Shown here: one piece after another, positions 19,561-32,646 of the stretch
Position numbering within the stretch: position 1 is the first letter of the stretch
Layout of the letters: each line of letters opens with the position of its first letter
DNA from: Candidatus Multivorans sp.
Lineage (GTDB): Bacteria > Acidobacteriota > Thermoanaerobaculia > Multivoradales > Multivoraceae
DNA length: 64,000 bases
Direction: 5' to 3'
NCBI GenBank assembly: GCA_965247095.1
Contig: OZ251997.1
Span: 2,496,001 to 2,560,000 of the forward strand
Made by a program: the position numbers and the translations under genes
Notes under the pieces: model-generated
Databases searched by the model: none
Seen by the model: only the letters and a program-made list of their open reading frames with translations
Told to the model about the DNA's origin: nothing

Positions 19561-19734
19561 GCCGCGCTCTTGGGCGGAACGGGCGCGCAGGCTCAAGAAT
19601 CAGGCTGTGGCGATCCGAGGCGCGCAAACACGACCAAGAGGATGCTGAAGAACTCGGGGCTCATTGCAGGAAAGCGTCGTAGAGGTCCAAGCAAAGTGGC
19701 GTGCCAGCGACCGCGAGTCTCGTTGGGGGTGCTT

Positions 19735-19764
19735 TTGACACCTTGCCCCTAAAAACTGTATCTT
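19735..19764 (+). promoter_or_regulatory. Candidate sigma70 promoter for the DUF5343/HEPN pair
   Basis: TTGACA (19735-40), 18-nt spacer, TATCTT (19759-64) in an AT-richer gap. Confidence 0.4.
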
Positions 19765-19833
19765 CGGCTTCCGGCCCGCATAACATGTAGGGACTTCATC
19801 TTTCGTTGCAACAGACAAGGAAGAACAACTTCA

Positions 19834-20541
19834 GTGGCTTCCGAGAAAAATACCTATCCGTACCTCCCCACGAAGGCGTGGTGGACACTACGCCAGAAGT
19901 TCAACCGGTCGATACCAGCCCAAGTGACGCCGCCGTACCTCGTCGCAGTCCTAGGAGGTAAGGAGACGTCGGCCAAGGGGAACGTTCTACCGGCCCTTAA
20001 GGCGGTCGGACTAGTCGACGAGGACGGCGCAACGACCAACCGGGCCAAGCTGTGGCGAGACGACACGAGCTATGCGGACGTGTGCAGGGAGATTCGGGAG
20101 GAAATCTATCCTCCCGACTTGCTGAATGCGATCCCTGACGCATCGCTCGACACAGATGCAGCGAAACGCTGGTTTATGACGACGACTGGATGCGGAGTTC
20201 AGGCAGCACGCAAGATGGCTGCGATGTACTCCTTGCTTGCCGAGGCGATTCCATTGAGCGGGGATCAGCCTACGGCTCCCAAGTCGAAGAATAGAACCGC
20301 ATCGAAGTCGAAGAAGTCGAAGAAGCCGAAGGAAACGGTCTCATCCAAGAAACCGGAACGCGCAGCTCCTCAGGACGGTAGCGCCCTTCGCACCCGTACT
20401 CCTAGTCCTAGTCTCGACATGCCCGAAATGCGTCTCAACGTTGAGATCCGCATCGATGCGAGCGTCACGCCAGAGCAAATTGATTTGATCTTCGCGAGCA
20501 TGGCGAAGCACTTGTACGGTCGCGACGATGAGGGGCAGTAA
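19834..20541 (+). CDS. DUF5343-like protein
   Basis: YPYL..WW.L...F..SIP..VT..YL, LPALKAVGLVDEDG, Lys/Ser-rich linker, C-terminal LNVEIRIDASVTPEQIDLIF. Confidence 0.7.
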   Translation: MASEKNTYPYLPTKAWWTLRQKFNRSIPAQVTPPYLVAVLGGKETSAKGNVLPALKAVGLVDEDGATTNRAKLWRDDTSYADVCREIREEIYPPDLLNAIPDASLDTDAAKRWFMTTTGCGVQAARKMAAMYSLLAEAIPLSGDQPTAPKSKNRTASKSKKSKKPKETVSSKKPERAAPQDGSALRTRTPSPSLDMPEMRLNVEIRIDASVTPEQIDLIFASMAKHLYGRDDEGQ

Positions 20542-21055
20542 CCCGGAACTAGCCAAGACTGGCCTCACACTCCTAAAGAAGCTCGCGCGCGAAACCCGCG
20601 AGCTACGACAGCCTCCGGAGATAGGGGCGGCGTCGGCCACGGAGAGCGTTCTTCCGCTCTCAGTGGTTCGTGGAACGAGAGGATACCTGGAGACGATTAC
20701 CCACCAGGTCAATGGTTCGTACGAACAAGGTTGTTACGACGCCTGTGCAGTGATGATGCGAAAGGTCATCGAAGTCCTCATAGTGGAGCTATTCGAAGAG
20801 AGGGGGCTGGCAACGAAGATACAGACACCCACCGGCGACTTCATGCAGCTTGAGGCACTTGTCGGCAAGGTGACCGGCGAGCCCACTTGGAACCTCAGCC
20901 GCACGACCAGAAACGCCCTTCCCGACATAAAGAAGGTCGGCGATAACGCGGCACACGGTCGGCGGTTCGCTGCCCACCGGGGCGACATAGATGGCCTCAG
21001 GGTCGGATTTCGGGCTGCAGTCCAAGAACTTGTCGACTTGTGTGGATGGACATAG
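20528..21055 (+). CDS. DUF4145/HEPN-like protein
   Basis: QVNGSYEQGCYDACAVMMRKVIEVLI and KKVGDNAAH; overlaps the upstream gene by 14 nt. Confidence 0.7.
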   Translation: MRGSNPELAKTGLTLLKKLARETRELRQPPEIGAASATESVLPLSVVRGTRGYLETITHQVNGSYEQGCYDACAVMMRKVIEVLIVELFEERGLATKIQTPTGDFMQLEALVGKVTGEPTWNLSRTTRNALPDIKKVGDNAAHGRRFAAHRGDIDGLRVGFRAAVQELVDLCGWT

Positions 21056-21161
21056 GGAGAGGAACTCGACCAGCTCCGGCTGTCGGCCAATGAGCAGTCG
21101 AAAGCGCTCGGCATGCGGGTCACCTGTGGGCGATGATCCTGAACGGCCACCGGACCGCTAG

Positions 21162-22666
21162 CCCTGATTCGCGGGAAAGTTCACGCACGGATGGCGTTTG
21201 CGATGGCAATGAAATGGCTGGCGGCCGCCGGCGAGTTGCCGAGATGCAGCGTGGTCTTTCCGGCGGGTCTCAGCAGGACGGCGGCTCGGCTGAGCAGCTT
21301 GAATCGGAGCGTGTGGATGCTCTCGAATCGGCAGCGTGTCCGGCGCTTGCGGTTGGTGTTCCTGACCGGGGCGAGGGTTTCGGCCTGGAAGGCTCGGGAG
21401 AGGTTGAAGGCGAGCACGCTGAGCATCTGCCAGGCGGCGTTGGCCTGCTCCTCGAGGCTCGGCACACAGTCGAAGGCGAAGCCTCCCTTGAGTTCGGCGT
21501 AGGCCTTCTCATGGCTGCCGCGGCCGTTGTAGAAGTGCCACAGGGTACGGCCTTGGACGCGCTTGTTGGTGGTGATGGCCGAGTACTCGTAGTGGCCGTC
21601 TTCTGGACTGAAGAGGTCGAGTTGGAAGTTCTTCCGGGTTTCGTGCGCGACCTTGCGCCGGTAGAGCACGATGCGACGGACCCGGCCCCAGACCGGGAGC
21701 CGGATCTGGTAGCAGCTGGTGCGGTCATCGATGCGCATCCAGGAAGCTCTGGCCGCCACCTGTCTGAGGTGGAGCCAGGGATAGAAGGGGACCTTGATCG
21801 CGTACTCGACGCCCGCGGCGTCGAGGACCTTCAGCACGTCCTTGCGGAAGAAGGCCCCGTCCATACGGAGTTCCAGCTTGCGGCGCCCGCCCACCGCGGT
21901 GCGGACCTGGTCGATCAAGGCCTTGACGAAGCCGACTGCAGCCTTGCCGTCGTGGATGTTGCCGGGACGGTTGAGGAACCGCACGATCCGCCCCTCCTGG
22001 GCCTCGTAAGCGGTGACCGGGTAGTAGCTGGGCACCTTCCGGCGGTGGGGATTGAAGCCCCGGTGCGCCCCCTTCACCTTGAGCCCGGTGCTGACCACCG
22101 AACCGTCGCCGTCCAGCGTCAGCCGGCGCCTGCCAGTCCGTCGCAAGGCGTTCGCGACCAGCTCCTCGTTGAGCTTCGAGAGCCGCTCGACGTCCTGTCT
22201 GCGGATCTGCTGCATCCAGGCGCTCACCGTTCGGGGCGCGGCAACCTCGAGAGCCCGCCGAAGCGGGCCAGGACGGGGTCGGCCTGCTCATAGCGCAGGT
22301 GCCAGATCCGTCTGCCGCCGACCAGGATCAGGCCCAGCAAAGTCAGCAGCATTGGCACGACGCCGAAGTCGGTGGCGGGGAATCCCCGGCCCACGGCACG
22401 GCGGAGCATGGCCGGGAAACCGCTTCGTTTCAGGTACTCCCGGACCAGCTCGAGTCCGGCATGCGAGGTGACTTCCTGTCGCCCCGTTCTGTAGTCCACG
22501 TTGCCGTTGACACGGCGCTTCAGTTCTGCTCTTCTAGATCGCACTGGGAGTGGCCTCTCGTCGATAGGGCTCGTGATCGTTTGCAACCACGAGAATATCC
22601 CATCCCGCAAGGCCCTCCCGGCCTTCGACTCACGTCAAACTAACGCATTGTTCCTGCGAATCAGGG
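21162..22666 (-). mobile_element. IS1380-family insertion sequence
   Basis: TIRs CCCTGATTCGC(G/A)GGAA (15/16 match) flanked by a CTAG duplication (21158-61, 22667-70). Confidence 0.9.
21181..22610 (-). pseudogene. IS1380 transposase, frameshift near 22230
   Basis: TSHAGL, LTLDGDGSV, RPGNIHD, LRMDGAF, FYNGRGSHEK; split into two ORFs. Confidence 0.85.
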
Positions 22667-22709
22667 CTAGGTGACCGGCCGGGAGCAACGGGTCGCAGCC
22701 GTCACCGTT

Positions 22710-22862
22710 TCAGAAGAGGTTCGCGTCAGGCGCGTTGACGTCGTCGAGCCGCAGTTTCTCCTCGGCCGTCAGTTCGACCTCAAGCGCGGCCACAGCCTCT
22801 TCGAGATGGCTCATCTTCGCGACGCCGACGATCGGCGACGCGACGACCGGATTGGCCAGCAC
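22710..22862 (-). pseudogene. Diverged copy of the 3' end of the aldo/keto reductase gene
   Basis: Aligns by eye with 30719-30871 (TCAGAAGAGG...TTCGAGATGGCTCATCTTC...GATTGGCCAGCAC). Confidence 0.85.
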
Positions 22863-22921
22863 AGAGAAGACCACACTAGGCCCTCGTCAGGGTGGCTCAC
22901 GCCTCGCCGCCAGCTTACTCC

Positions 22922-23392
22922 TCAGAATCGCCAACCCTCAGCCTCCATGAACCGCTCAAGGTTGGTTGACTCGATACCGAAGTGCCTGCAGATCTCCGGA
23001 ATGCCGACCGAGTTGGGCCTGGGCTGCTCAAGTGTCACGACAACACCCTTCGCGACGGAGGCCCTCGCGATCACAAATGGGTCGGCGTTGCGGCCTCCCT
23101 TGAGGATTTTCTTCAACTCGATGTTGGATTGGAAATGTGGAAACTCAAAGATCCGACGGACGAACCGAGCCTCATCGGCCGTCGGCGCAGAAAACAAATC
23201 CTCACTGAGGCTAAGCCAGCGCCTGTGCTCCTCAAAGCCAAAATCCTCGAGCTCTCGCCGTACTTCCCGCGTCGAGATGATCTTCCCACTGGAAACAAGC
23301 CCGTCAAACCTCTCCCACAAGCTGGGAAAACGGCCTCGATAGAAGTTCTTGATCAACGCCGAAAAGGGCGACGTGTCGAATACGTATGTCAC
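22922..23392 (-). CDS. PIN-like protein (DUF4411 type)
   Basis: YVFDTS..YRGRFPSLW, EVRRE, ADPFVIA, VVTLE, IPEICRHF. Confidence 0.85.
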   Translation of the reverse strand: MTYVFDTSPFSALIKNFYRGRFPSLWERFDGLVSSGKIISTREVRRELEDFGFEEHRRWLSLSEDLFSAPTADEARFVRRIFEFPHFQSNIELKKILKGGRNADPFVIARASVAKGVVVTLEQPRPNSVGIPEICRHFGIESTNLERFMEAEGWRF

Positions 23393-24528
23393 GTCACCTT
23401 CCTGGCGAAGTAGTCCTCCAACTTCGCCAGGTTCGTGACCTTTACATCAACGTAGCCAGCGAGCTCCTCGTCGCTGATCCGGTTCCGGTAGTACTTGGAG
23501 AATGCTGTTTGAATGTAGGGCCTTCCCAGGTAAGAGATCTTTGTCCAGTAGTAGTTGCCGCCCGTTCCTCCTCGTCGCGTCTGCCGGGCCCAGCGTCGAG
23601 CGGCCATTCGGTAGAGCTCTAGACTCACGAGTCCGCGATCCAGAAATCTCCGAAACACGAACTCCCGCGAGACATGGTATCTGCGAGCGATCGTCGTCGC
23701 GGACGCTTCATCTGCACCAAACCTCCGAAGCTCCAGGTCAAACCGGCTCTTCGGAAGGAGGAGTTCGGCAGCGAACTGATTGCAGGCGGTTTCGATCGCC
23801 CGAGAGGCAGGCGGCAGCACCTCTACGTCTTGTTGTGGCAACCCGTCCACTCCGCTCGTGTGGAAGAGAAGATGAGCCAACTCGTGAAAGAGGGTGAAGA
23901 TCTGGCGAGTCAGAGACGAGGAGTTGTTGACGTAGATCAGGGGAAAGGTCTCGTCATACAGGCAGAACCCCGAGAGGAGGTCGGTCGGGAATGCGTCCTT
24001 GAAGACGGCTACACCGACGGCTTCCAGGGCGTCGCGCCACGAGTCCATCGCGGCGACTGCGTCGGGCCACGCCATCTGCTCGTCGAGAGAGACCCCAAGA
24101 TACTCACGGGTAGTCTCGACCGCGGGCTCGACACGGAGCGGCTGAGAGAACGACAGATCGTGGACGGCGAGCCGCTCCGCGGCACTAACACCGTCGTTGA
24201 GTTCCGCGAGATTGAGCTGGAAGGCTCTGGCCTTCCGCAGTAGCGCGCGAATCTCACCGGGGATGCCGTCAAAGTAGGCGTCCGGAAGCGTCCGGAAGGA
24301 CTGGCGGATCGGCGGAACGTCGGGCGGCGCCGGGAAGAAGAAGACGGCCGTAGGAAGCCGCAGGAACTTGCTCAGATTCTCCAGTTGCGGGTAGGTCGGG
24401 CATGCCTCTCCAGCTTCCCAGGCAGCGATCCTCGGGAACTTCGCGCGCGCTTCCTCAAGGGGAAGAGCGGCGCGTTCTCGGGCCCAGGTCAGGACGGCAG
24501 GTGTGATCGGGAGGGGGTCGTTGGCCAT
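23389..24528 (-). CDS. XRE-HTH + ImmA/IrrE metallopeptidase
   Basis: N-terminal LTWARER..WEAG..PT..QL; FTLFHELAH (HExxH); CNQFAAELLLP; ATG 24528. Confidence 0.9.
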   Translation of the reverse strand: MANDPLPITPAVLTWARERAALPLEEARAKFPRIAAWEAGEACPTYPQLENLSKFLRLPTAVFFFPAPPDVPPIRQSFRTLPDAYFDGIPGEIRALLRKARAFQLNLAELNDGVSAAERLAVHDLSFSQPLRVEPAVETTREYLGVSLDEQMAWPDAVAAMDSWRDALEAVGVAVFKDAFPTDLLSGFCLYDETFPLIYVNNSSSLTRQIFTLFHELAHLLFHTSGVDGLPQQDVEVLPPASRAIETACNQFAAELLLPKSRFDLELRRFGADEASATTIARRYHVSREFVFRRFLDRGLVSLELYRMAARRWARQTRRGGTGGNYYWTKISYLGRPYIQTAFSKYYRNRISDEELAGYVDVKVTNLAKLEDYFARKVT

Positions 24529-24614
24529 GAGGCACCTCGGCCGCTGTCTAGTCCACTGTGCGGGACGACGATAACCGATACCCGAGAGTCCCTGAGCGCC
24601 GTCACACCATGGAA

Positions 24615-26828
<2,214 letters not shown>

Positions 26829-29015
26829 TTAGCTCAGATCGTGCTTGGAGAGTGGCAGCGAGCGCACGCGCTTGCCGGTCACGGAGAAGATGGCGTTGCA
26901 CAGTGCCGGCGGGACCGGCGGCAGCGCCGGTTCGCCCAGGCCGGTTGGGGGATGGTCGCTCTTGACGAAGTGCACCTCCACCGGCGGCGCCTGGTCCATG
27001 CGCAGCAGCTTGAAGTTGTGGAAGTTGCTCTGCATCGTGCGTCCGCCCTCGAAGGTGATCTCCTGGTCGAGCGCCTGGCCGAGGCCGTCGAGCGCCGCAC
27101 CCTGGACTTGGTTGACCGCGTTGCTCGGGTTGACGATCTGATTGCCGACGTCGCCGGCGACCCAGATCTTGTCGACGCCGAGTTCTCCTTCCGGACTGAT
27201 CGTGGCCTGGACCACTTCGGCGAAGTACCCGCGATGGCTGAAGTGGAACGCCACGCCCTGACGGGTCCCGTCGGCCAAGTCGGTCTTGCCCCAGCCCGAC
27301 TTGTCGCGCACCAGCTCGAGCACGGCCTTCATTCTCTGGGGATCGAACGCGGTCTTGACCCCGGCCTCCGCCGAGTCGAGTAGGTCGAGGCGGAACTGCA
27401 GCGGGTCCTTCCCGGCCTCGGCCGCGAGCTCGTCGATGAACGACTGCACCACGAAGGAGATCGCATTGCTCGTGGGGGCTCGCAGCGCTCCGGTCGGGAT
27501 GCCGAGCGGCATCTTCGAGGCCTCGAGCGCGAAGTTCGGCACGAACGCCTGCGGGAACTCGTTCCGGGACATTTCGGCGCTCGGGGCGAAGCGCCGGCCT
27601 TCACCGAAGGTGACGAAGTGGTCGCGCCACGCCACGAGGTTCCCGCCTTCGTCGAGACCACCTTCCAGGAAGTGGTAGCCGCCGGGGCGGAAGAAGTCGT
27701 GGCGCGTGTCGTCTTCGCGCGTCCACAGCAGCTTGACCGGCACTCCCGCCTGCTGGGCGATGAGCGCGGCCTCGAGCATGTAGTCGAAGTACAGCCGCCT
27801 GCCGAAGCCCCCGCCCATGCGGGTCAGGTGGATCGTGATCTTGTCCTGGGGAATGCCTAGCGCCTTGCTGAGGTCACCGCGCGCGAACTGGGGCGTCTGG
27901 CTCGGCGCCCACATCTCGAGTTCCCCATCGCGGACGTGGGCCGTCGTGTTCTGCGGCTCGAGCGGCGCGTGGGCGAGAAAGGGATACTCGTAGGCGGCCT
28001 GCAGCGTCTTCGCCGCCGAGCCGAGTGCCCCGGCCGCGTCGCCGTTGCTCGTGAGGGTCTGCTCCGGCACCTTCTTCGACAGTGCCTGCGCCTGACGATC
28101 GAAGTCCTCGGTGCTCTGGGTCGCGGTGGTTCCTTCCTCCCAGGTGACCTCGAGCTTGCCGCGCGCCTCGTTGACCAGCCACCAGGAGTCGCCGACGATG
28201 GCGACGCCGTTGATCGGCAGTTGAGCAGCGTTCGAGTCGACGACGAAGGCATCGGTGACGCCGGGCGCCGCCTTGACGGCCGCGAGGTCGACGCTCCCCA
28301 CCCGACCGCCGTGGACCGGGCACTTCTCGAACACGGCGTGCTTCATCCCGGGCACCGAGACGTCGATGCCGAACAGCGGCTCGCCAACGACGATCTTCGG
28401 GTTGTCTACGCCCGGAATCGGCTGGCCGATGATCGTGAAGTCCTTCGGGTCCTTGAGGGCGACGGTCCGGGGATTGGGCGGCTCAAGCCGCGCCGCGGCG
28501 CTCGCCAGCTCGCCGTAGGACATCGACTTGTTCTTGAAGTGGACGACTCCGGCTTCGGTCGTGCATTTCTCAGGCTTCGTGCCCCACTCCTTCGCCGCGG
28601 CTTCCACGAGCATGGAGCGAGCGGCAGCCCCGACGCGGCGCATCGACTCGTAGTGCATCGGCGTCGCCATGCTGCCGCCGGCCATCTGACCCCGGTACTT
28701 GGTCGGGTCGAAGTCCGCCTGCTCCACGCGCACCTGACTCCAGGGGATGTCGAGCTCCTCGGCAATGAGCATCGGCAGCATCGTCTTGACGCCCTGCCCG
28801 ATCTCGGGGTTCTGGGCCATGATCGTCACCACGCCGTCCGGCGTGAGGCGTACGAACGCGCTGAGGATCGCCTCGACATTGGCATCGGCAACGGCGGCAC
28901 TCGCGCCGCGCGGACCGTCCAGTCCGAAGCGCACCCCGAGGAGCATTCCTCCTCCCGCCAGGGCGGTGACCTGAAGAAAGCTGCGTCGTGAAGCGGTTCT
29001 ATCTGCGGCGCTCAT
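26829..29015 (-). CDS. Molybdopterin oxidoreductase large subunit (isoquinoline 1-oxidoreductase beta-like), Tat-exported
   Basis: SRRSFL, EIGQG, GGGFGRR, GLGEP. Confidence 0.9.
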   Translation of the reverse strand: MSAADRTASRRSFLQVTALAGGGMLLGVRFGLDGPRGASAAVADANVEAILSAFVRLTPDGVVTIMAQNPEIGQGVKTMLPMLIAEELDIPWSQVRVEQADFDPTKYRGQMAGGSMATPMHYESMRRVGAAARSMLVEAAAKEWGTKPEKCTTEAGVVHFKNKSMSYGELASAAARLEPPNPRTVALKDPKDFTIIGQPIPGVDNPKIVVGEPLFGIDVSVPGMKHAVFEKCPVHGGRVGSVDLAAVKAAPGVTDAFVVDSNAAQLPINGVAIVGDSWWLVNEARGKLEVTWEEGTTATQSTEDFDRQAQALSKKVPEQTLTSNGDAAGALGSAAKTLQAAYEYPFLAHAPLEPQNTTAHVRDGELEMWAPSQTPQFARGDLSKALGIPQDKITIHLTRMGGGFGRRLYFDYMLEAALIAQQAGVPVKLLWTREDDTRHDFFRPGGYHFLEGGLDEGGNLVAWRDHFVTFGEGRRFAPSAEMSRNEFPQAFVPNFALEASKMPLGIPTGALRAPTSNAISFVVQSFIDELAAEAGKDPLQFRLDLLDSAEAGVKTAFDPQRMKAVLELVRDKSGWGKTDLADGTRQGVAFHFSHRGYFAEVVQATISPEGELGVDKIWVAGDVGNQIVNPSNAVNQVQGAALDGLGQALDQEITFEGGRTMQSNFHNFKLLRMDQAPPVEVHFVKSDHPPTGLGEPALPPVPPALCNAIFSVTGKRVRSLPLSKHDLS

Positions 29016-29512
29016 GCCTCACTCCCTCCCGTGGTCTCGCTGACGCTCGACGGCGCCTGCGCGATCTCGGCGGCGCGATGGATTGCGGCCCGGATCCGTG
29101 TGTAGGTCGCACATCGGCAGAGGTTCCCGCTCATGGCCTCGTCGATGTCCCCGTCCGTGGGCGCCGGGGTGCTCGCGAGGAGAGCCGAGGCCGACATGAT
29201 CTGGCCGGCCTGGCAGTAGCCGCACTGCGGCACGTCGATCTCCTGCCAGGCGAGCTGCACGGGATGGCCGCCGTCCGCGGACAGGCCTTCGATCGTCGTG
29301 ATCTCCTTCCCCTCCGCGCGCGACACCGGCATGCGGCAACTGCGCTCTGCTGTGCCGTCGACGTGCACGGTGCAGGCCCCGCAGAATGACCGACCGCAGC
29401 CGAACTTGGTTCCCTTCAGGTCGAGTTCGTCACGGAGGACCCAGAGCAGGGGCATCTCCGCCGGCGCTTCGACCGTAGTCGACTTGCCGTTGAGCTTGAA
29501 GGCGATCGCCAT
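29012..29512 (-). CDS. (2Fe-2S) small subunit (IorA-like)
   Basis: GTKFGCG..CGAC, QCGYCQ, NLCRC. Confidence 0.93.
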   Translation of the reverse strand: MAIAFKLNGKSTTVEAPAEMPLLWVLRDELDLKGTKFGCGRSFCGACTVHVDGTAERSCRMPVSRAEGKEITTIEGLSADGGHPVQLAWQEIDVPQCGYCQAGQIMSASALLASTPAPTDGDIDEAMSGNLCRCATYTRIRAAIHRAAEIAQAPSSVSETTGGSEA

Positions 29513-29740
29513 GATCCAGTTCTCCTCCGAGAGGTCAAGCCGGTACGTATTCAATGGACCGGGACGGTAGGCGGCAGTTCCCGCTCACGCGCGCACCCTA
29601 GCAGCCCGCTCCGAAGCTCCAGATCAGCTCGCGACGCCTCCTCTCGAGTGCCAGCCTGCGAAGCATCGCGTACGCTCGCGGTGCCGGAGACCAGCTCGCC
29701 CCGGCGAGTTCCAGTGACCCATCCCAGCGAAGGAGACGAG

Positions 29741-30547
29741 TTGAGCAGCTTTCAGCAGGTCGCCGACTTTCTAGCCGAGTGCGACTGTCTGGCGGAGGTC
29801 CTGGCGCCACTCTCGGACGACGACTTCGAGCGAGCCACCCTCTTCAAGGAGTGGACCCTTCACGACGTCGTCGCCCATCTCCACATCTTCAACTACGCCG
29901 CCGACGCCTCGATCCACGATCTCTCCGCCTTCGAGGACTTCAAGCAGTACATGGCCGCGCGCCGCGGCCGGCTCAACCTGCGCGAACTGACCGACAAGTG
30001 GTTCGAGGGCAAGCGCAACCGCTCCGTCTACGACGTCTGGCGGGAGTACTACCCGCGGATGTGCGAACGGCTCGAGGGGGTCGATCCGAAGCAGCGCGCG
30101 GAGTGGTTCGGACCGTCGATGAGTGTGCGCAGCTCCATCACCGCGAGGCAGATGGAGACCTGGGCGCACGGCCAGGAGGTCTTCGACGTGCTTGGACTCG
30201 ATCGTGTCGAGACGGACAGGATCAAGAACATCGTCTTCCTGGGAATCAACACCTTCGGCTGGACCTACGCCGTGCGCGGACTCGACCGTCCCGATGTCGT
30301 TCCGTGCCTGCGTCTTGTCGCGCCGTCCGGCGAGATCTGGACCTGGAACGCGGACGAAGGCGCCAACCGGATCACCGGGAATGCGGTCGACTTCGCCCAG
30401 GTGGTCACCCAGGCGCGCAACGTCGCCGACACGTCACTGGAGGTCACAGGACCCATCGCCACCGAGTGGATGGGCATGGCGCAGTGTTTCGCCGGCGCCC
30501 CCGAAACACCACCGGCCCCGGGGGCACGGCACAAGGCCGGGAGCTGA
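29741..30547 (+). CDS. TIGR03084-like metal-binding protein (MDMPI/DinB superfamily)
   Basis: AGGAG RBS then TTG 29741; WTLHDVVAHL, WFGPSMS, METWAHGQ, AQCFAG. Confidence 0.8.
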   Translation: MSSFQQVADFLAECDCLAEVLAPLSDDDFERATLFKEWTLHDVVAHLHIFNYAADASIHDLSAFEDFKQYMAARRGRLNLRELTDKWFEGKRNRSVYDVWREYYPRMCERLEGVDPKQRAEWFGPSMSVRSSITARQMETWAHGQEVFDVLGLDRVETDRIKNIVFLGINTFGWTYAVRGLDRPDVVPCLRLVAPSGEIWTWNADEGANRITGNAVDFAQVVTQARNVADTSLEVTGPIATEWMGMAQCFAGAPETPPAPGARHKAGS

Positions 30548-30566
30548 CGCGGCAGAACTACCGGCG

Positions 30567-30680
30567 GCCGGCGCTTCGCGCCGGATGCGGGCAGGATGCC
30601 CGCGTGCCATCCGTGCGCCCGATGACGGGCGCACGGAGTGGTTCGCGTGTGGCGCGGCTCGCGCCACACGGGTTCCCAGG
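30567..30680 (+). repeat. Composite REP/BIME-like element with multiple hairpins
   Basis: GCGGGC-AGGAT-GCCCGC, CCGTGCGCCC/GGGCGCACGG and GTGTGGCGCG/CGCGCCACAC stems; inverted copy at 44098-44196. Confidence 0.85.
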
Positions 30681-30718
30681 TCAGATCGTTCTGCCGCGCA
30701 ATCTCCTAGACCGACGTC

Positions 30719-31687
30719 TCAGAAGAGGTTTGCGCGGGGCGTGTACACCTCTTCAAGCCGCCGCTTCTCCGCGGCCGTGAGCTCGACCTCGAGAGCGGCC
30801 ACCGCCTCTTCGAGATGGCTCATCTTCGTGACGCCGACGATCGGCGACGCGACAACGGGATTGGCCAGCACCCAGGCCAACGCAACCTGGGCTCGCGAGA
30901 CCCCCTTTTCCCGCGCCACCTCTGCTACGCGCTCGACGATCGGTCGATCCTTCGCCTCGTCAAAGCGCCTCGCGGTCAGCGGATCGCTCTTCGACCGGTG
31001 CGTCGTCTCTTCCCAGTCACGGGTCAGCAGACCTCGGCCCAGGGGGCTCCACGGGATCGTCCCGATGCCCTGGTCGCCACAGAGAGGCAGCATCTCGCGC
31101 TCTTCTTCGCGCTGGAGCAGGCTGTACTGGTTCTGCATGCTGATGAACTTCGAGAAACCACGCATCTCGCTGGTGTAGAGCGCCTTGCTGAACTGCCACG
31201 CCCACATGGACGAAGCGCCGATGTAGCGGACCTTGCCCGCGGTCACCACGTCGTGGAGTGCTCCCAGCGTCTCTTCAATCGATGTCCGGTTGTCCCAGCG
31301 GTGGATCTGGTAGAGGTCGATGTAGTCCGTTCCCAGACGGCGCAGGGACACGTCGACCTCGGTCATGATCGCCTTGCGAGAGAGCCCGCGGGCGTTGCGT
31401 CCGCGCCGGATCGGGAAGTAGACCTTGGTTGCGATCACGACCTCGTCGCGGTTGGCCATGTCGCGCAAGGCCCGTCCTGTGATCTCCTCGCTCGAGCCGA
31501 GCGAGTAGGCGTTGGCCGTATCGAAGAAGTTGATGCCCAGGTCGAGCGCCCGCTCGATGATCGGACGACTGCCGGCTTCGTCGAGGCTCCAGTCGTGGGC
31601 CCCGGGCGACTTCTCGCCGAAGCTCATGCACCCGAGACAGATCCGGGAGACCTCGAGACCGGAACTGCCCAACTTCGTGTACTTCAT
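30719..31687 (-). CDS. Aldo/keto reductase
   Basis: GLEVSRICLG, FDTANAY, IATK, DLYQIHRWD, PWSPL. Confidence 0.95.
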   Translation of the reverse strand: MKYTKLGSSGLEVSRICLGCMSFGEKSPGAHDWSLDEAGSRPIIERALDLGINFFDTANAYSLGSSEEITGRALRDMANRDEVVIATKVYFPIRRGRNARGLSRKAIMTEVDVSLRRLGTDYIDLYQIHRWDNRTSIEETLGALHDVVTAGKVRYIGASSMWAWQFSKALYTSEMRGFSKFISMQNQYSLLQREEEREMLPLCGDQGIGTIPWSPLGRGLLTRDWEETTHRSKSDPLTARRFDEAKDRPIVERVAEVAREKGVSRAQVALAWVLANPVVASPIVGVTKMSHLEEAVAALEVELTAAEKRRLEEVYTPRANLF

Positions 31688-31713
31688 CGTGAATTCCCTC
31701 CCCGCAGCGGTGC

Positions 31714-32634
31714 CTACTCGTAGAAATCGGGAGACAGTCTGAGGGACTGCCGCTGCGGCATGTCGTGCTCGATCCAGAGAGCCGCGCCCGTCTCCTCGAG
31801 AACCCCCTCGATCCGTTCCATGCTCGCAAGCGTCTGCTCCGCGTCGTGATTGAAGACCGGCACGGCTCGCTTCTGCCGGCTGGCCTCGAAGTGGTAGAGG
31901 TCGCCCGAAAGAAGCACCATGCCGGTTCGCTCGAGGTCGAGGAGCAGAACCTGGTGGCCAGGGGTATGGCCGGGCGCCGAGAGCAACTGCACCTTGCCGT
32001 CGCCAAACACGTCGTGGTCGCCATCCAGAAGGACCGTCTCGCTGCCTTCGAGCCCGCTGTAGAGGCTGCGGTCGAAGGCGGGTGACGACGTCTCATCGTC
32101 TGAGAACGCTGCCTCGTACTCGGTCCGCTGGATCAGATGTGTCGCGTGGGCGAAGAGATTGGCATGACCGACGTGGTCGAAGTGCATGTGGGAGAAGGCC
32201 ACGAGATCGATCGAATCGGCCGTCAGGTCGAGCTCGGCCAGTTGATCCTGGAGCGGGCGCTCGAGGCTCATCAGCATGCCTGGAATCTCGATCGGCCCGG
32301 CGCTTTCCGCGGTCGCGGGGGCCAGGCCTGCGTCGAAGAGGAGTCGGCCCTCGGGATGCTCGACCAGGTAGCAAGGCACGAACATCTCGGTCGTCGGCAC
32401 GTCCTCGGGCTCCAAGGAGAAGATGGAGAGGTCAAGGGCGTCGAGCCATCCGCAGTCGAACACGTGGAGCCGTACCGTCGCGGTCGCGCTCTCTTCTGCT
32501 GCGGTTGCCCCGACGTTGGGCGTCTCATCCGGCGAACCGCAAGCGCCCAGGGCGATCCAGAGAACGGCTGCGGCACCGAAAGCCCGCAACGCCGGGCTCC
32601 TTGTGGCCGACCCGACGGGGTTTCTGTTGATCAT
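31714..32634 (-). CDS. N-acyl homoserine lactonase-family metallo-beta-lactamase lipoprotein
   Basis: HMHFDH, PGHTPGHQ, LSGD, EHD; lipobox LGAC. Confidence 0.85.
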   Translation of the reverse strand: MINRNPVGSATRSPALRAFGAAAVLWIALGACGSPDETPNVGATAAEESATATVRLHVFDCGWLDALDLSIFSLEPEDVPTTEMFVPCYLVEHPEGRLLFDAGLAPATAESAGPIEIPGMLMSLERPLQDQLAELDLTADSIDLVAFSHMHFDHVGHANLFAHATHLIQRTEYEAAFSDDETSSPAFDRSLYSGLEGSETVLLDGDHDVFGDGKVQLLSAPGHTPGHQVLLLDLERTGMVLLSGDLYHFEASRQKRAVPVFNHDAEQTLASMERIEGVLEETGAALWIEHDMPQRQSLRLSPDFYE

Positions 32635-32646
32635 GAGTTCCTCCTA

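Noticed and set aside
19638-19656. AGGATGCTGAAGAACTC as an IS end
   Set aside because: Resembles IS5/IS1182-type termini, but no partner end or transposase was found
22220-22240. Programmed frameshift in IS1380
   Set aside because: No slippery run; it looks like a single-base loss
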